DNA from: Verrucomicrobiia bacterium
Lineage (GTDB): Bacteria; Verrucomicrobiota; Verrucomicrobiia; Chthoniobacterales; UBA6821
Length of the DNA stretch: 64,000 bases
Assembly: GCA_040380225.1 (NCBI GenBank)
Contig: JBEIJN010000014.1
Location: forward strand, 1,995 to 65,994
Direction of reading: 5' to 3'
Below are positions 63,176 through 64,000 of this stretch, in pieces. Every line of letters begins with the position of its first letter. Position 1 is the stretch's first letter. The notes beneath the pieces were generated by a model. That model worked only from the letters and a program-made list of their open reading frames with translations. It was not told the origin of the DNA and made no database searches. The position numbers and the translations under genes are program-made.

Positions 63176-63556
63176 TCAGTTGCCAGCTTTCGGGAAAAAG
63201 CGTACGGCAGGAAGGTCTTCAAAGTGGCGATCTTGAGTCCATAAGTCCGCATCCACACTCAAAGAGGATGCATAGACCAGCGCGTCGGCCATAGCCAACT
63301 TGTGCCGGCAAGCTATCTCCGCCGCTGCATCTGCAATGGCATCATCGACGTGCAACTGATCGAACTTGGCAAGCACGCACACTGCCATTTCGCGGCCTGC
63401 CTCCCCCTTGTGAGTCAGCGTATAGCGGCCGACTTCATACCGAACAACCGCAGGTACGAAAAGCTGCTCAGCTTGAAGAGCAGGCTCAAACAAGCCGGCT
63501 CGATCTGAACCTGCCAAAAGCTCTATCCACCCGGAGCTATCGAGAACAACCCTCAT
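63176..63556 (-). CDS. vapC: PIN-domain toxin VapC
   Basis: 126 aa. MRVVLDSSGWIELL, AMADALVYASS, LWTQDRHFEDL. 4-nt overlap with the antitoxin. Confidence 0.8.
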   Translation of the reverse strand: MRVVLDSSGWIELLAGSDRAGLFEPALQAEQLFVPAVVRYEVGRYTLTHKGEAGREMAVCVLAKFDQLHVDDAIADAAAEIACRHKLAMADALVYASSLSVDADLWTQDRHFEDLPAVRFFPKAGN

Positions 63557-63774
63557 GGTAAAATCCGCTCCTCTTCGGAACGGATTGTTGAATCATCGAT
63601 CACCATTCCGCTTAGCAGCCCACGAATCTGATCGATCGATGGCTCCTTTACCAACCTTAACCCTGACGGCTCTGAAATTGCTTGCAACCTCATTCCGGAG
63701 GTTATTCCCAGGGCCTGGCGAGCCTCTTTTGGAATGACAATCTGATATTTGGAGGAAACAGTAACAGCTATCAT
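63553..63774 (-). CDS. vapB: AbrB/MazE/SpoVT-family antitoxin
   Basis: Start trimmed to MIAVTVSSKYQIVIPKEARQALGITSGMRL (SpoVT-AbrB looped-hinge motif). Confidence 0.7.
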   Translation of the reverse strand: MIAVTVSSKYQIVIPKEARQALGITSGMRLQAISEPSGLRLVKEPSIDQIRGLLSGMVIDDSTIRSEEERILP

Positions 63775-63932
63775 GTCTAGATGGTAAAGCGTTTTTACAT
63801 CGATGTCAATATGCTTTCCTTGAAGAAGCAAGAACGACTCCATTTCCCTGCTTTTCGACACAGTTATTTCTGCTCCTAAAAGCCTTCAGTCTTTTATCTG
63901 CTGATGGCTGGCCCCAGGCTAGCCGTACGGGT

Positions 63933-64000
63933 CCACTTTCGGTGGCTACTACTCGACCTTCCCATGGTCTCGTTTCAGGTTTGAACTCGCTTGCTCCCCC
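63933..64000 (+). repeat. End of one structured repeat unit abutting the start of another (cut by the window edge)
   Basis: CCAC-TTTCG-GTGG (63933-63945), GACC-TTCCCAT-GGTC-TCGTTTCA (63955-63977), GG, TTTGAACTCGCTTGCT (63980-63995). Confidence 0.6.

Noticed and set aside
63795-64000. Minus-strand frame open from the right window edge down to about 63795
   Set aside because: It reads through the structured repeat unit and into the antitoxin leader, is short, and is compositionally repeat-like. I cannot exclude a real gene end without sequence beyond 64000.

Overview
GC-rich bacterial chromosome segment from a diderm organism (MlaFEDC plus MlaA/VacJ are present). Gene content, a lysine-tailed L17, Shine-Dalgarno-less pyrimidine-rich leaders and the style of the intergenic repeats make me suspect Verrucomicrobiota/PVC, at low confidence. 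Bases 1-38.5 kb are mostly housekeeping. They hold a secreted NHL-repeat protein that is cut by the left edge and absent from the supplied ORF track, an MFS transporter, mlaC-D-F-E, bioA, mlaA and tRNA-Gly(GCC). Next come dTDP-rhamnose genes ordered rfbA-rfbC-[vapBC]-rfbB, a DUF421 protein, chaA, folB, a DUF721/DciA-like protein and a ferredoxin. Then a chlorite-dismutase-family (HemQ/ChdC-like) gene coupled to a LarE-like PP-loop ATPase, PolX, DUF808, hom-thrC-lysC and cstA. The block ends with rpoA-rplQ (detached from the rest of the alpha operon), a second vapBC, an acyl-CoA ligase, infA and a DEDD-exonuclease/TPR gene pair. From about 38.5 to 61.7 kb every gene is on the minus strand and forms one glycan-assembly locus. 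It encodes cysC (APS kinase), 11 glycosyltransferases, 4 O-acyltransferases (two are tandem AT3-SGNH paralogs), 2 PAPS-type sulfotransferases and a Wzm/Wzt ABC exporter. Many gene junctions there overlap by 1-7 nt. A third vapBC, a 0.55-kb repeat-filled spacer, a GT2 gene, an AAA/DUF4143 ATPase and a fourth vapBC close the window. Leads, best first: (1) the locus looks like a pathway for a sulfated, heavily O-acylated, ABC-exported polysaccharide, which is rare in bacteria. (2) A modular family of structured intergenic repeats shows hairpin stems that covary between copies, followed by TTGGTTCA and GTTTCAG-type heptamer arrays, always in the same orientation at the 3' ends of genes. (3) The Wzt C-terminal domain looks like a Uma2/PD-(D/E)xK nuclease fold rather than a glycan-binding module. 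No CRISPR array, transposase, integrase or rRNA was seen. All protein family calls come from motif recognition by eye, not database searches.
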